Assembly: GCA_043228905.1 (NCBI GenBank)
Contig: JBHGNT010000006.1
Coordinates: 8,928,001-8,992,000 of the forward strand
DNA from: Azolla caroliniana
Lineage: Eukaryota; Plantae; Polypodiophyta
DNA: 64,000 bases
Reading direction: 5' to 3'
The position numbers and the translations under genes are program-made. Shown piece by piece: positions 1 through 11,844 of the stretch. The notes under the pieces were generated by a model that searched no databases, was not told where the DNA came from, and was given only the letters and a program-made list of their open reading frames with translations. How positions within the stretch are numbered: position 1 is the stretch's first letter; every line of letters starts with the position of its first letter.

Positions 1-3000
1 ATTTGGGAGCCAACAATCAGGGAGGATGGAAATCATGGTGGTATTTGCACTTTGATTCGGGAACATCTAGCCCAAGGCTTAATACACCAGGAATCACTTA
101 TACCTGGTAGGGCACATTTTTGCATGTTGGCCATCCAAGGGCAACAATGGAACTTCATGAATGTTTATGCTGCAAATAGCATAACAAAAAGGGCAACATT
201 CTGGGACCGCATCCACCTACAAGTAGCGGGTGCGGAAGAGTGGTGCATTGGAGGGGATTTTAATATGATCGAATCCATTCACGATAGCTCCAACAAAAAC
301 CCCATAGTTCTACAAGAAAGGGAACGTAAACAATGGGAGAAGCTATGTGTCCACCTTAACCTGCGAGACATCTGACATTCTGACAACTTCCAACGAAAAA
401 GGGATTCTCTCCTATTCTCCCGATCAGACGGGCGGAATAGTGGACCCACCCTATCTCGCATTGACCACATTTATGTGGGGGAGGCTCTAGAAGCAAAGGG
501 AGGGTGGTGTCACATAACTCCAGGCACAACTTTCTCTGACCATTACCCGGTAGCTGGTCATTTTCAATTGCACCGAAAATGGGGCCCATTCCAGGCTCAC
601 ATCCCACACACTATTTACACACTTATAGACATGAAGGACCAACTATCCAACCAATGGTTATTACCCGTCAAGGCCTCATCAGCATCTGACAAACTTCTAG
701 CTAAATTAACAAGAGCTTCTACTCTCCTACATGAGATTGTCAAGACTAGAAGCAAGGATGCTCAAGAGAAGCGACAGAGGACAAAACGGGGACTAATAGC
801 CTTACAACGACTCCAACAGAGATACTCGTCATGTATTTGGATCGCAGGACAAGTCGCCACGGCCAAACATGAACTTAGCATGGCCGAAAAGGAAATATAT
901 GACATGGAGTTTCATGGAAGCATGGCGCGATGGATTTGAGTAGGGGACAAAACCACGAAGGAATTCTTCCGCTCCAAAGGCCCGAGGCACGCTAGAACTG
1001 TGATGCACAGCCTCAACCGAGAGGATGGAACGACCACTGAGGATGGCGACGAAATGAGGAATATTGCCACAAGTTATTATAACCGCCTACTTACCGAAGA
1101 CATTATAGCTATAGGTGAAGACATAAGAGAAGACATTATCCTCCAAAGCATACCCGAGAAAGTCACACCAGAAATGAATACATGGTTCATGCGTCCCCTA
1201 TCAATCATCGAGATATGGGAGGCCCTCACTGATTTAGATGCCAATAGTTGCCCCAAAATCGATGACCTCACCCCACACTTTTTCACATGCCTTTGGGACA
1301 CTATTAAAGAAGACCTCCTCCAGGCATATGAGGAGATCATCACCTCTGGAAGCATGCCGGAGGAATTTCGACACGGGATGATACATCTCATTCCTAAAAG
1401 TGATGGCTCATTCATCCGTCCTCGATAGGTTTTGTTAGAAATCAGAGCATCCTAGACAACCTCTTCTCATTCTGGGAAGCAGTAGCCCTTGCCAAATGTA
1501 CCAACAACAAGGTAGCGGTGGTGCTACTAGATTTTGAGAAAGCATATGACAGGGTATGCTGGAACTTTCTAGAAAGTGTGATGGGGAAATTCAGCTTTCA
1601 AGAGACATGGATCAAAGGCAGTGCAAGACTTTATAGGAATGACAGCAGTTGCGTTTCACTGGCAGGTGAAAGGGGCCCCTTTTTCCGAATATCCTGATCT
1701 GTAAGGCAGGGATGCCCACTAGCTCCATCCTTATTCCTATTATACGCCGAAGCACTCTCTTGCTTTCTCAACTCGCGGCATCTCAACCTGCATGGTCTTC
1801 TCGTACCTCATTCTCACCAAAGCATCCTGGATATAGAATTTGTAGATGACACAACAGTTTACCTGCAAGGGGACTTGGAAAACCTCCAAAAGCTAGAAAG
1901 TGGGCTAGCTGTATTTTGCAAGAGATCCAACACCATGATCAATTGGCACAAATCCTGCACAATATGGCTCTCTCACGAAACACATCTGGCGTGACACCCA
2001 CATCCCGCTTTCAAATGGATCAATCAAGGAGCGAGCACAAAATATTTGGGTTTCCAAATTGGTTTCAACATACCGTCGGAGACTATAATTGCACCCGTTA
2101 TCCATTCCATTCGACAAAAGTTGATACATTGGAGCTCGAAAAAACTGTCGCTAGTGGGCCGCATCATAGTGGCAAATTAGGTACTACTCGCAACAACATG
2201 GTACAGTCTATCATGCTGGACAATCTCCAAGGAAAGTATACATCAGATTCAACGACTGGCCTGGTAAGGAAGACCATGTAGCTCACGCCAAGGTGGCGTG
2301 GCGTATACTCACATCGCCTAAGTCGAGAGGGGGATTGGGTCTTATTGATCCCCTTTCACAATCGAAAGCCTTACTTGCCAAATTTGTGGTGCGAGGACTC
2401 CAACCAAGAAATGATTGTTGGAAAATGCTACTGAGGTTGCGTTTCACTTACTTTAGGCCACGAAAAGGGGTCAATTGGGCCCCCCAAATGGGATGGATTC
2501 TAAACATGGATCTCAAACCTAGTTTCTCCCGCCAATTGGAGGATAGATTCAGTGCATCCATGTGGAAGGCATGGTGTGACCTTCGTGGAGGGCTCAAGTG
2601 TGATCAACCGAGATCTGAACCTACCTGGCTCAGTCAACGTATCCTATGGAACCCATGTATCAAGGATGAATCTAATCAACTACTGGGATCACATAAGGGG
2701 TTGTCATGGGGATACATTGCAGAAGGTCCAGGAAAAAGTATAGAATGTTGGCGACAGTTTACGTCACTACCACTACAAGATTAGGTGAACATACTCCATG
2801 GAATCAGGGGCGGATGGACTATGAGATCGGAAATCATTAACGCTCTATTGATTAGGGAATCTGCTACTCAAAGGATGACAATGGAGAAATGGATAGGCCA
2901 CGAGGAGGAGGGATCTCTGATCCCGAGAGGTAGGGGACCACCAGACAGACTCGAAGGCTCTGAATTGCGAGACAATGAGACTCCAACACAGAAAAATGCA

Positions 3001-4050
3001 ATTCGAGTACTCGCGTATACTGGTCATAAATGGATTGTAGATCCTGATCCGATCAAAGTACAACCCGATTGGCACGTATGTACTCATGAAAACACATGGC
3101 TACATAAGGTCAGTTGGGACCCTTTGCAATGGACATGGCGTGATCCCTACGCGGGGCAAGGAAGCAAACCCATCCTTTTCTTCCAATTCACAACTAGATT
3201 GGGTTGCCACATTCTAGCTACTCAAACCGCCCGAGAGCCGGCTGCTGCGAAGGTCTGGCACACATTTCAAGTTCCTCCCACAATAATCACCAAGTTTTGG
3301 CAGAAAATCTGGAAACAACAACACGCGAGGCGAATTACCACGTTCCAATGGCTATTAATACATAAGTCCCTACCGGTGGGAGCATGGCAACGTGGGAACC
3401 TTAGCTCTCCTAATTGTGTAGAGTGCCCACATGCAGTAGAATCAATACAACACGCTCTGTGGGACTGCCCAACGTCCCATCGAATATGGCGGGGGGTTGG
3501 CCGCTTGTTGCAATTATGTCAAGTGCAAGGCTCAATCAAGTGGGGAAATATATGTTGGCTATCATGGCATGCCGCAATTGGCAGATACGAGCATCAAGAG
3601 GAGGGGATGACTTTGGTGATAAAAGCACAAGAGGTCTTTTTCTCCCCCAGCTGTAATATCCACTCCACTCCTCTTAATGACAAATCTCAAGAGGTGTTGG
3701 AATTGGCCAGGCCAATAACTCTTTGGATTCTATGGAAACAACGATGTAGGTGAGTCTTCTCCAACCAAACCGCATATCCAACAAGGTTACTGCAAGAGAT
3801 ATGGAGTGAAATTGTAGCCACTTTGAAGAGCCAATATGATGGCCATAAGGGCGGCTCCGAGGGAGTTGAAAGACAACAAATAGCCTTCATCCAACAATGG
3901 TCGTCCTCTCCCTTTTTTGAGTCAGTGGGCATCCACATAAGATGGAACTATCGCATCCCTTCAGGGATTTGTACATAATCGTCTCATTTGTAAAATTTTA
4001 TAACTAATGGAAGGAGTGTTTTTTTGGAAAAAAAGAAAAAAGAGAAAAAA
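1..4050 (+). mobile_element. Degenerate L1-clade LINE (ORF2: APE endonuclease, RT, C-terminal zinc finger), runs off the left edge of the window
   Basis: Successive broken ORFs carry EN motifs (NVYA, GGDFN, SRIDH, SDH), RT motifs in stop-interrupted frames (LDFEKAYDRVCW, VRQGCPLAP, FVDD), GGLG, and CxxC..ES..H..W.C. An A-rich tail lies at about 4028-4050. Confidence 0.9.
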
Positions 4051-4117
4051 GAATGTAGGGGTTGAACCCATGACCACTTGGTCTCCATTGGGCAACCTTA
4101 CCAACTGAGCTACTCCA

Positions 4118-4120
<3 letters not shown>
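4051..4120 (-). mobile_element. tRNA-derived SINE head, copy 1
   Basis: Minus strand reads GATGGAGTAGCTCAGTTGGTAAGG...GGGTTCAACCCC, with Pol III A-box and B-box. No convincing acceptor stem. Confidence 0.6.

Positions 4121-4162
<42 letters not shown>
4121..4162. repeat. (CT)n microsatellite
   Basis: Direct reading. Confidence 0.95.
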
Positions 4163-4164
<2 letters not shown>

Positions 4165-4194
4165 TCATCAACATGTAACTAGTGTAATTTTTAT

Positions 4195-4632
4195 ACACTT
4201 ACGCCGCTCGGCCTCTCCCTTGAGGAAGCAGAAATACAAAGAACAACCAAACACCCTCGGATGTTGGGCTTCAAAACAAGTTGACGTGGAGTAGAAAAGA
4301 CTAAGAAGATAAGGGAACGTGAGCTACGTCAACTAGAAGCTATGGTTGGGGTACCTTTTACATTGGGACCATGGGCCACATCCACATCGCAACCCTTTGA
4401 CCTCCCACTTCTCTTTGAGAGACTTGGATGGAAATGAAATTAGGCCTAGTATAACATCTTTTCATTGTAGAACATGTTTTTTTTAGAACTATTTTTTATC
4501 TTATTTTGATTTTTTTACTTTCGATGAATGGGTAAATATCCCATTTTTTGTAAACCATTTGTCTCATGGCATTTGTCTCATGGACCAAATTTGGCCTTAG
4601 AAGACGTTAATATATCTTTCTTTCTTTCTCTC
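4195..4632 (+). mobile_element. RTE-clade LINE family A, 3' fragment
   Basis: Clearly homologous to 13715-14100 and 53820-54257 (ends ...FDLPLLFERLGWK*). Carries the 3' hairpin and a (CTTT)n tail. Confidence 0.85.
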
Positions 4633-4759
4633 AATTACCTTACCCTAGTGGTAAGTTGTTAACACTACAAGTGCTACGTAATAGGTTCAAAACCCGATTT
4701 TCTCACCTCTCTATTATATAGATACTTCATACACTCTTAATTCTCTAGATGCCACTGTG

Positions 4760-4830
4760 GAATGTAGGGGTTGAACCCATGACCACCTGGTCTCCATTGG
4801 GCAACCTTACCAACTGAGCTACATCCATCT
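4760..4830 (-). mobile_element. tRNA-derived SINE head, copy 2
   Basis: Near-identical to 4051-4120. Confidence 0.6.
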
Positions 4831-4834
4831 GGGC

Positions 4835-5296
4835 ATCGATATATGTTAGAGCCCATCCCGTTATCGCGGAGTTTGGCTCGTTATTAACGTAAGATTACTC
4901 GTTGCCATTCGAACCATTGCTTCCATGTGACTTAGCTCACATGCATTGCGATGTGAGACAGGGCGTTGGGGCACAAGTGATGAGAGTGGCCGGCTATGCA
5001 CACTTTGCCCTAAACAAGTTCGAGAGTCTGAGTATCACACTTTGCTACAATGCTCTGCAGTTGATCATATTCGACATTGATTTCCACATCTCTTCGATTG
5101 AGCCCAATCCTTGCACGAGTTTCTCTCACAACCACAATGTCCACTCTCGATTACAACATTCATTGGTTAAGTTCTTGAACATCGAGAGTCACTACTCACT
5201 TTCACACGTATCATGTGAAATGTAATATTTTTGGTCTCATAGGTCAAATTTGACCTCCAAAGATGACAATATAATCTATCTATCTATCTATCTCTC
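4835..5296 (+). mobile_element. RTE-clade LINE family C, 3' fragment
   Basis: Homologous to the reverse complement of 39395-39790 (LRCETG, CTLC, ESEYH region). Has the GGTCAAATTTGACC hairpin and an (ATCT)n tail. Confidence 0.8.
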
Positions 5297-6998
5297 ATTT
5301 TTCTCTTCTCTTCTTCATTCCCTTAACTGAGCTCCTGATTACAAATTACAATCTCTAGATTCTCTTCTTACATATAACTCTACATGTGTGTCTATGTCTT
5401 CATGCTAGGGTTAAATAGTAAATTCCATGGAGTCTTTGTCTTGTTATGTTTTCTATCATGTCAATATCGAGCATTAAATGCAATTGGCAAATTCTAGATG
5501 GAATTATTCTTGTTAAGAAATGCTTTTAATCACTTTCGTATTGAATTTTTACATGCAATTCTATAATGCTAAATTCTAATTGACATATGTACATAGAATA
5601 TGTTGATCAAGTGCTGATTTTAATGACTTAATTTTCTTATACACTAAATCAAAGAAAGTATACATTATAAAGCGTGTTCTTTCTACCACTCTTTTTCTTA
5701 TTTCACCCAAAATAGTAATATCAAATTCTAAATTTACTTTAGTTTCTCCTTTGGATGAGCACCAAAAATTTAAGATTTGAATGTAGTAATTAAGAAAATT
5801 GAAGTACCAAACTTTGTTGTATATGTTGATATTGTAGGGAAAAGACACGAAACAAAAAAAAATTCTACTTATCATACATGATAGAACCCACCATTATGTT
5901 CGTCATTTGCATCATTGTTTCAATCATTGTACATAATATACTCGAATGCATTGGCAAACATTCTTTCTCATACGAATGCAAATGACTGTGTATGCTATCA
6001 AAACATTCTTATGCTTTTTTTTTACACTTTTTACCTTAACTTTCTTACCTTGTAATAAATAATGAATACAAAAGTATGGCATTTACCATACTCGAATGAT
6101 TGAAACATTCGAGAATGTGAATGCACGTATGGTACGTATGGTTCATACTATGGTTTCAATACGACTTATATCACATTCTCTTCCATGTGAGACAAGTCAT
6201 TGAAGCACAAGTGAAGAGATTCATTGACTATGGCATTTAAAAGTTTTTGTATCGATAACATCTACATTGCCAATTAGCCAATATTTTGATACCCTTAAAG
6301 TGGCTCTAACATAAACTTGACAAGTTAGGAGTGTATTCGGATGGCCATATACTTTCATGGATTATGATTGCTCGGCATTCGGTATGTTTGATTAAGTTGG
6401 ACTCACTAACACTCAATCTTAGAGAAGATAAAGACCTATCATAATTTGGAGTGAGAATGAGTTTATGGTTGTTTTGCCTCTGATACTGAATCTCAATGGT
6501 GAGAGCTTGATTGTTGAAATGTAGCTTCTCTCAACTTAATGTGTGGTTGTGGAGCTTTTTATTGCATGAACTTTATTTACAAATCAACAAACATGGATTT
6601 GAACATATACTACTAGTGTAGTAAAATGACTTTTATTTTAAAAATCCATTGATAATAGTTCATTCATTGGCACGGTACAATATATGTCATTCCTACCTAA
6701 GAAGGGGGGTTACAACTCTATCATAAAAACTCTCTATATGAAAATAATGTGCACCCATGTGCTCACCATTCTTGATGGGGATTTGGATATGACACTTGAA
6801 TTTATTGTTTGTTAAATTACCTTATATGTTGAGCATGTAAACAGTGATATTCATCCAACAATATGTTTTCATATATCTTCATACCAAGGCGATGATGCCA
6901 TAATGCTACCTCAACACCTAACTTGTGTGAGCAAATTCGAAGACGTATTAAGGCTTTTCGAGAGCTAGGGCACATGTTTTGGCATTTTTACCTTTTGA

Positions 6999-7004
<6 letters not shown>

Positions 7005-7037
<33 letters not shown>
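7005..7037. repeat. (GA)n microsatellite
   Basis: Direct reading. Confidence 0.95.
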
Positions 7038-7040
<3 letters not shown>

Positions 7041-7493
7041 TTTTAATGTCCATGGGAGATGATTGTGATCGATGAGACAAGGCCTATACATTTATTTCGT
7101 TCCACAGGTCAAAATCAGCCTCTTCATGGACGATAAATCTCTCTCTAAAAATAGTAATACATTAACCACAAAAGCCGAATTACAATAGATGGAGTATGAT
7201 ATCCTATCAACTCCCCACAAAATCAAAGAGGGTTCCCATGACATCCCTTACCTCTCCTTTTCCATTGTATATCCACGTTTAATCTACAATTTGAAAGGTC
7301 AATGAAGAATATATATGCCTACAGTTTTCTAAGGCTTTGACAAGAGGTTCGAATCTCTATCATTAGGATTACGTAATGTACACATGATGTCCTCATATTA
7401 TTCTTATATGGGTACTCGAGCGTAAAGTCACGATGCCAACGAAAAGAAAGGTAACATCTAGGGCAGTCTTGTGAGGTTAGAACAGATCTAGGC

Positions 7494-8900
7494 ATGGCAT
7501 GCCCTTCGGAGCAAAGAGAGGGAGAACAATCGCCTCTATTGTTGGAGGTATCCAATGGCAGCAGGAGTGGCAGCACGCCATCACAAGGCGCACAACCTTT
7601 ATCCTCAACCACCAAGACATTCGCCAATCTAATGTTATGCACCCTTGGAACAGGGGTGCTGGGCCTACCCTACACGTTCTCCACTGTTGGATGGGTCAGT
7701 GGCCTCCTGATCCTTGCTGTTAGTGCTGCAATTGCTTATCATGGTATGATGCTATTGGTCCGATCCAAGTGCCTCTTCGTACAACATCATCCTGACCTTC
7801 TTGTGGCCGGATATGGTGACCTCATGTTTCATGTCTTTGGCCGCTATGGCCGTTTGGCCGTTGACATCCTCCTCACACTAAGTACCATCGCATGTGGTAT
7901 CTCTTATCTCACATTCATAACACAAAACATAGCCTCCATTGCCTCTACACTTATTGATACATCCACAACTACTTCCACATCCTCTCTCTTTGAGGATGCT
8001 TTTCATCATCAGAAAAATGCCTTCAGCAGTGGCGGTGATAGCCCGGTGTTGGTGGAGAATATTCTGTTAGGTCTTATAACCACTTGGACATGGACATCAT
8101 CGACTCTCTATGCATGGATTATTTTTCCTTTTGAAGTTGCCCTAGCTGCCATACCCTCTCTCACTTACCTAGCTCCACTGAGCTCTCTGGCTGATTTGGC
8201 CAATCTTGCAGCATTAGCAGCTGTAGCGGTTGCAGATATAGTGGAGATTCAGAAGGTATCGGGCTTTCCAGCAGTAGCTGCATTTCGCAACATAATTTCA
8301 GTACCCTCAGCATTCGGGGTAGGGATATATGCATTCCAATCAGCGGGGATGATGATTCCCTTAGAACTATCTATGGCAGAGCCATGGAAATTTGGTAATG
8401 TATTGGGATGGGCCTTTACATTTGGTGGTCTCATATATGCCGGATTCGCCATGCTCGGATACATGGCATTTGGTGAGGATGTACAACAAATCATCACTCT
8501 CAATCTCCAAGCAGGTATAGTGGCCATCGTAGTTAAAGGTGCTTTGTGCTCCAGTTTGTTGTTGGCTTTACCACTTGAATTTAATCCAATGTGGGAGCTC
8601 ATCGAGCGTCGCTTCTCAGAACGGAAGCTTTCACTATGGTTAAGAGCTGTGGTGCTGTTTGTGATATGTCTCTTGGCTACAACTGTGAAACAATTTGCAG
8701 TGTTCTTGTCATTGGCTGGAAGTAGTATCTCTTGCTTGTTAGGTTTCATTCTTCCTGCGGCTTTGCATCTGAAGATCACGAAAGAAGACCTTGAAAAATC
8801 ACCTTCCTTTCTTGCCATGGCAGCTGACTATGTGCTGATTGCTTTTGGTTTGCTTTTCGGAGCTTTTGGAACAACTGTTTCCTTCATCAACCTTCTTTGA
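7494..8900 (+). CDS. AVT3: Amino-acid transporter, AAAP/Aa_trans family (AVT3/ANT1-like), intronless
   Basis: Intact 468-aa ORF with KTFAN..GTGVLGLPY.F...GW, YGDL, IPSLTYLAPLS..AD, GYMAFG and GFILPA..HL motifs, plus many hydrophobic TM segments. Confidence 0.9.
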   Translation: MACPSEQREGEQSPLLLEVSNGSRSGSTPSQGAQPLSSTTKTFANLMLCTLGTGVLGLPYTFSTVGWVSGLLILAVSAAIAYHGMMLLVRSKCLFVQHHPDLLVAGYGDLMFHVFGRYGRLAVDILLTLSTIACGISYLTFITQNIASIASTLIDTSTTTSTSSLFEDAFHHQKNAFSSGGDSPVLVENILLGLITTWTWTSSTLYAWIIFPFEVALAAIPSLTYLAPLSSLADLANLAALAAVAVADIVEIQKVSGFPAVAAFRNIISVPSAFGVGIYAFQSAGMMIPLELSMAEPWKFGNVLGWAFTFGGLIYAGFAMLGYMAFGEDVQQIITLNLQAGIVAIVVKGALCSSLLLALPLEFNPMWELIERRFSERKLSLWLRAVVLFVICLLATTVKQFAVFLSLAGSSISCLLGFILPAALHLKITKEDLEKSPSFLAMAADYVLIAFGLLFGAFGTTVSFINLL

Positions 8901-9215
8901 TCACACAGACAAGGTCTTCACACATAAAAGGTCTTAAAGAAATACACATGATGTCATGTCCAGATTTGGAGATACAGAAAATTTAAGTGTTTCAATGTTA
9001 TTCCAAAGATGAATCTTGTTTCATAAAAGTCTCACTGATCATTTTGGCCATCAGTGTCCTATTATTGTGATTAACCATTATAGCATCACCTTTTCCACAA
9101 CATCAAACAGCCGTGTTAATGATGGCTAAAATAATTAGTTATTCTGTGAAAATAATACAATTGGTATTCAGAGCCTCAATGTTATGGAATAAATAAATAA
9201 AAATTGAAAAGCTCG

Positions 9216-10847
9216 CTACAAACCCACGACTACTCGAGTTCCATTAACAAGCGGCTTGTTTGGATTGTTCTCCTGAAGCCAAACAGCTAGCCATGTCTAA
9301 TAGCATTAAAGAAATCAACTTCAGAGAAATTTAGTATAATACATACATTCTTCTTTAATTAAATCTTTGATTTCCCAAAGGATACAATAACTTCCAAAGG
9401 ATCACTATGTGGTTTGGCCTTTGCAAGAGCAGTGAGACCCTTGAGTAGTGTCGTTTTCATGTGTTTATCAAAATATTCTCTTGCCATAGCTTCAGTGGGT
9501 AGTGGATCTATCATCACTGAAAATTATGATGGCCATGTCAGCGAAGATCGAGGAGAAAATCCTTTTATCAAGCATACTACAGCACAGCAGACACTATACA
9601 TGCTAGCATTAAATCTCACAAATATATATCCAGATCCTGAACTCTTTTACCATTTAATGAGCTAAATTGCATTATACCTGATGGACTTCTTTACGAGAGC
9701 TACTACCATGAACAGCATTCCTTATCAAGTCCGTGCCATATAGTGCACGCAAACTAAGGAAATAAGCACATATACCATCATTACACATGAAGATATAATG
9801 GAAAGGCCGAGGATCAACATATATCAAACATTGCATTGCATGCATTTACATTGTGTTAAAATCCAATGTAATTTCTATGTCCTAGACAATCACACACATT
9901 ATAATATCCTGCTTTGTAGTTAATAACGGAGAGCAGCATTTTTGTCACTTTAAAAATCCTTGTGGGTATTCTGGTAATATCTAACATGTTGAGGATGAAT
10001 TGACCATACAATTGGGGAAATCACAAAAACATAGTGGCATTTGGGGAAAGAAAGAAAACTCAGGAGCATTTCAGATCTTTTTCTAAGAGAGAACATATTG
10101 AAGGGCATGTAGGTTTCTATCCAATATAGGAACATATAAAACATAGAGCAGATTTACCTTGAAGGTGATTCTTTCCTGGCAACATCAGGATCCATTGGTC
10201 CAATTAGTGAAGACCACTCTTGAATAGCATCCTTTTTTCCCAAGACATAGGCATTTATGTTTCCACTATTTATCATACAAAGTAAGACTAGTGACATGGA
10301 CATTGCAGATTACAAAAATCTTAAGAAAATGGTTACATTATAATTAGGTTTCATAAGGCTCTACTAGAAGTTAATACCTGCTTATAAAACGACAAAGCTT
10401 TTCAAATGAGTCGCTACCCTCGGAATGATCATAAAACTCCTCAGCTCTAACCCGTGTAAGCTGATACAAGCAAGCTAAAACTTCAGATGAAGTACATTGA
10501 AAACTTCTATTTGTTAGCTATATATAGAGAAAGGCTGACCAAGGCCATTTATGGCAATATTGGAAATTTGAGAAATAAAGAAAAACTCAAGGGTAGTATA
10601 GAGTTTCGCCTAAGCTATACATTATATAGCATATATCTTCTCTGTATATATATCACATACAGCCAACACTATTTACAAACAAAGACATGGATTTCATAAT
10701 GTCTTTTGAGCTCACGTGGACGCAAGCATAGGTTACGATGACAAAACCATGCATTTCCATTGCGTGCATAATTTTCTCCACATGGCCAGCCTGAACTGCA
10801 TCTGGTTTGATTAGAGCTAATGTAAGTTCTGTTCCAGGTGTCTCCAT
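9216..10847 (-). CDS. NME5: Nucleoside-diphosphate-kinase homolog 5 (NME5/NDK5/radial-spoke RSP23-like), NDK plus Dpy-30 domain. Exons 10847-10716, 10460-10378, 10265-10158, 9753-9678, (unresolved junction), 9516-9386, 9296-9216
   Basis: Exons assembled by hand from GT-AG sites give TLALIKPDAV, AEEFY, LIGP.DP..AR, SLRALYGTD..RNAVHGS and the Dpy-30-like AREYFDKHMKTTLLKGLTALAKAKP..DP..WLA.WL.ENNPNKP. Phases agree at every junction except 9678/9516. Confidence 0.88.
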
Positions 10848-11555
10848 TTTTTTTGAGATTCTAGGCACAGAAAAAGTTACATAGATCAATTTAGAACTTC
10901 GGAGGAAACAAAGAAATATATCAACCATACTCTACTTTCCTATAATAAAAATAATTGAATATATGTTCATAACATAATCTTGATGCAAAAAAGGCCATAC
11001 GATCATTTGTAAATACATGCCTCACTGCAAAACACATACATACACATGCAAGCACATCCACAAACACATTCATTCATTCTTACTTACTTAAGCAAACACA
11101 TACACACGCATAGAAAACCACATATAGACGTAAAAATGCTTACATACACAGATATACACAACCATATATATGCATACAAATATACATACATGCATATATA
11201 TACTATACACAAACAGATATATGTATACATGCGGATATACACATACACACTTTTACATAAATAAACTCATACATGTAAGCATGCATTCGTACATGTAACA
11301 TAGTATATCATATTATACATATAAAGAGAAAGAAAGAGAGAAACCAATCAAGCATACATTGGAATACAAGTTTCTTTCATATAATAAGACAGATAACGCA
11401 GAGTATATTGATTCTACAAGAATTTCATGAAAAACTGGTAGATGATGGATGCTAAACTTTCTGATGGAGGCAGAAAAAAAAATTCCAAACTTTCATTAAG
11501 ATTCTCAACATTGAATGCAGAAAAAAACAAAAAACAAAAAAAATACTCATCTTAC

Positions 11556-11660
11556 TTCTGACGATTACGCTATGTGTGAAGACAGAACCAAATGGCGAGA
11601 CAAAAAAATGCAGAAGAAATTTCGTTACAGGGAAAGCATCGGTTTCATTGTTTCAAATTT
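11556..11660 (-). other. Probable non-coding 5'-UTR exon of NME5
   Basis: Donor CAGAA|GTAAGA at 11555 pairs with acceptor CCTAG| at 10861, 13 nt upstream of the ATG. An in-frame TAG upstream makes the exon non-coding. The 5' boundary is a guess. Confidence 0.5.
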
Positions 11661-11760
11661 CCCGGAATTTACAGACATACCCCTCTCTCGGGTCAGATTT
11701 CCCGAAATTACACGCTGCTACCCCTCCTCATTTTTCAAAATTCGCAAGAATACCCTCCAT
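11660..11760 (-). promoter_or_regulatory. Cluster of GGGTA-Nx-AATT motifs, putative NME5 promoter
   Basis: Three copies. The same motif, in the same orientation, lies upstream of the rhomboid and NMT genes. Confidence 0.4.
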
Positions 11761-11844
11761 TATCATTTCTGGCTAAGGGTGCCTTGTCTCCACTAGAGAG
11801 GTCCCCTGGGTCAACATTGGCTTCTCTATGGACAAAAAAAAATA

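Noticed and set aside
4051-4120. Functional tRNA gene
   Set aside because: A and B boxes are present, but I could not fold convincing acceptor and anticodon stems, and the segment sits among TE fragments.
6420-6560. PBS-like GCCTCTGATAC suggesting an LTR retroelement
   Set aside because: The match is imperfect, with no adjacent LTR terminus or recognisable gag/pol.
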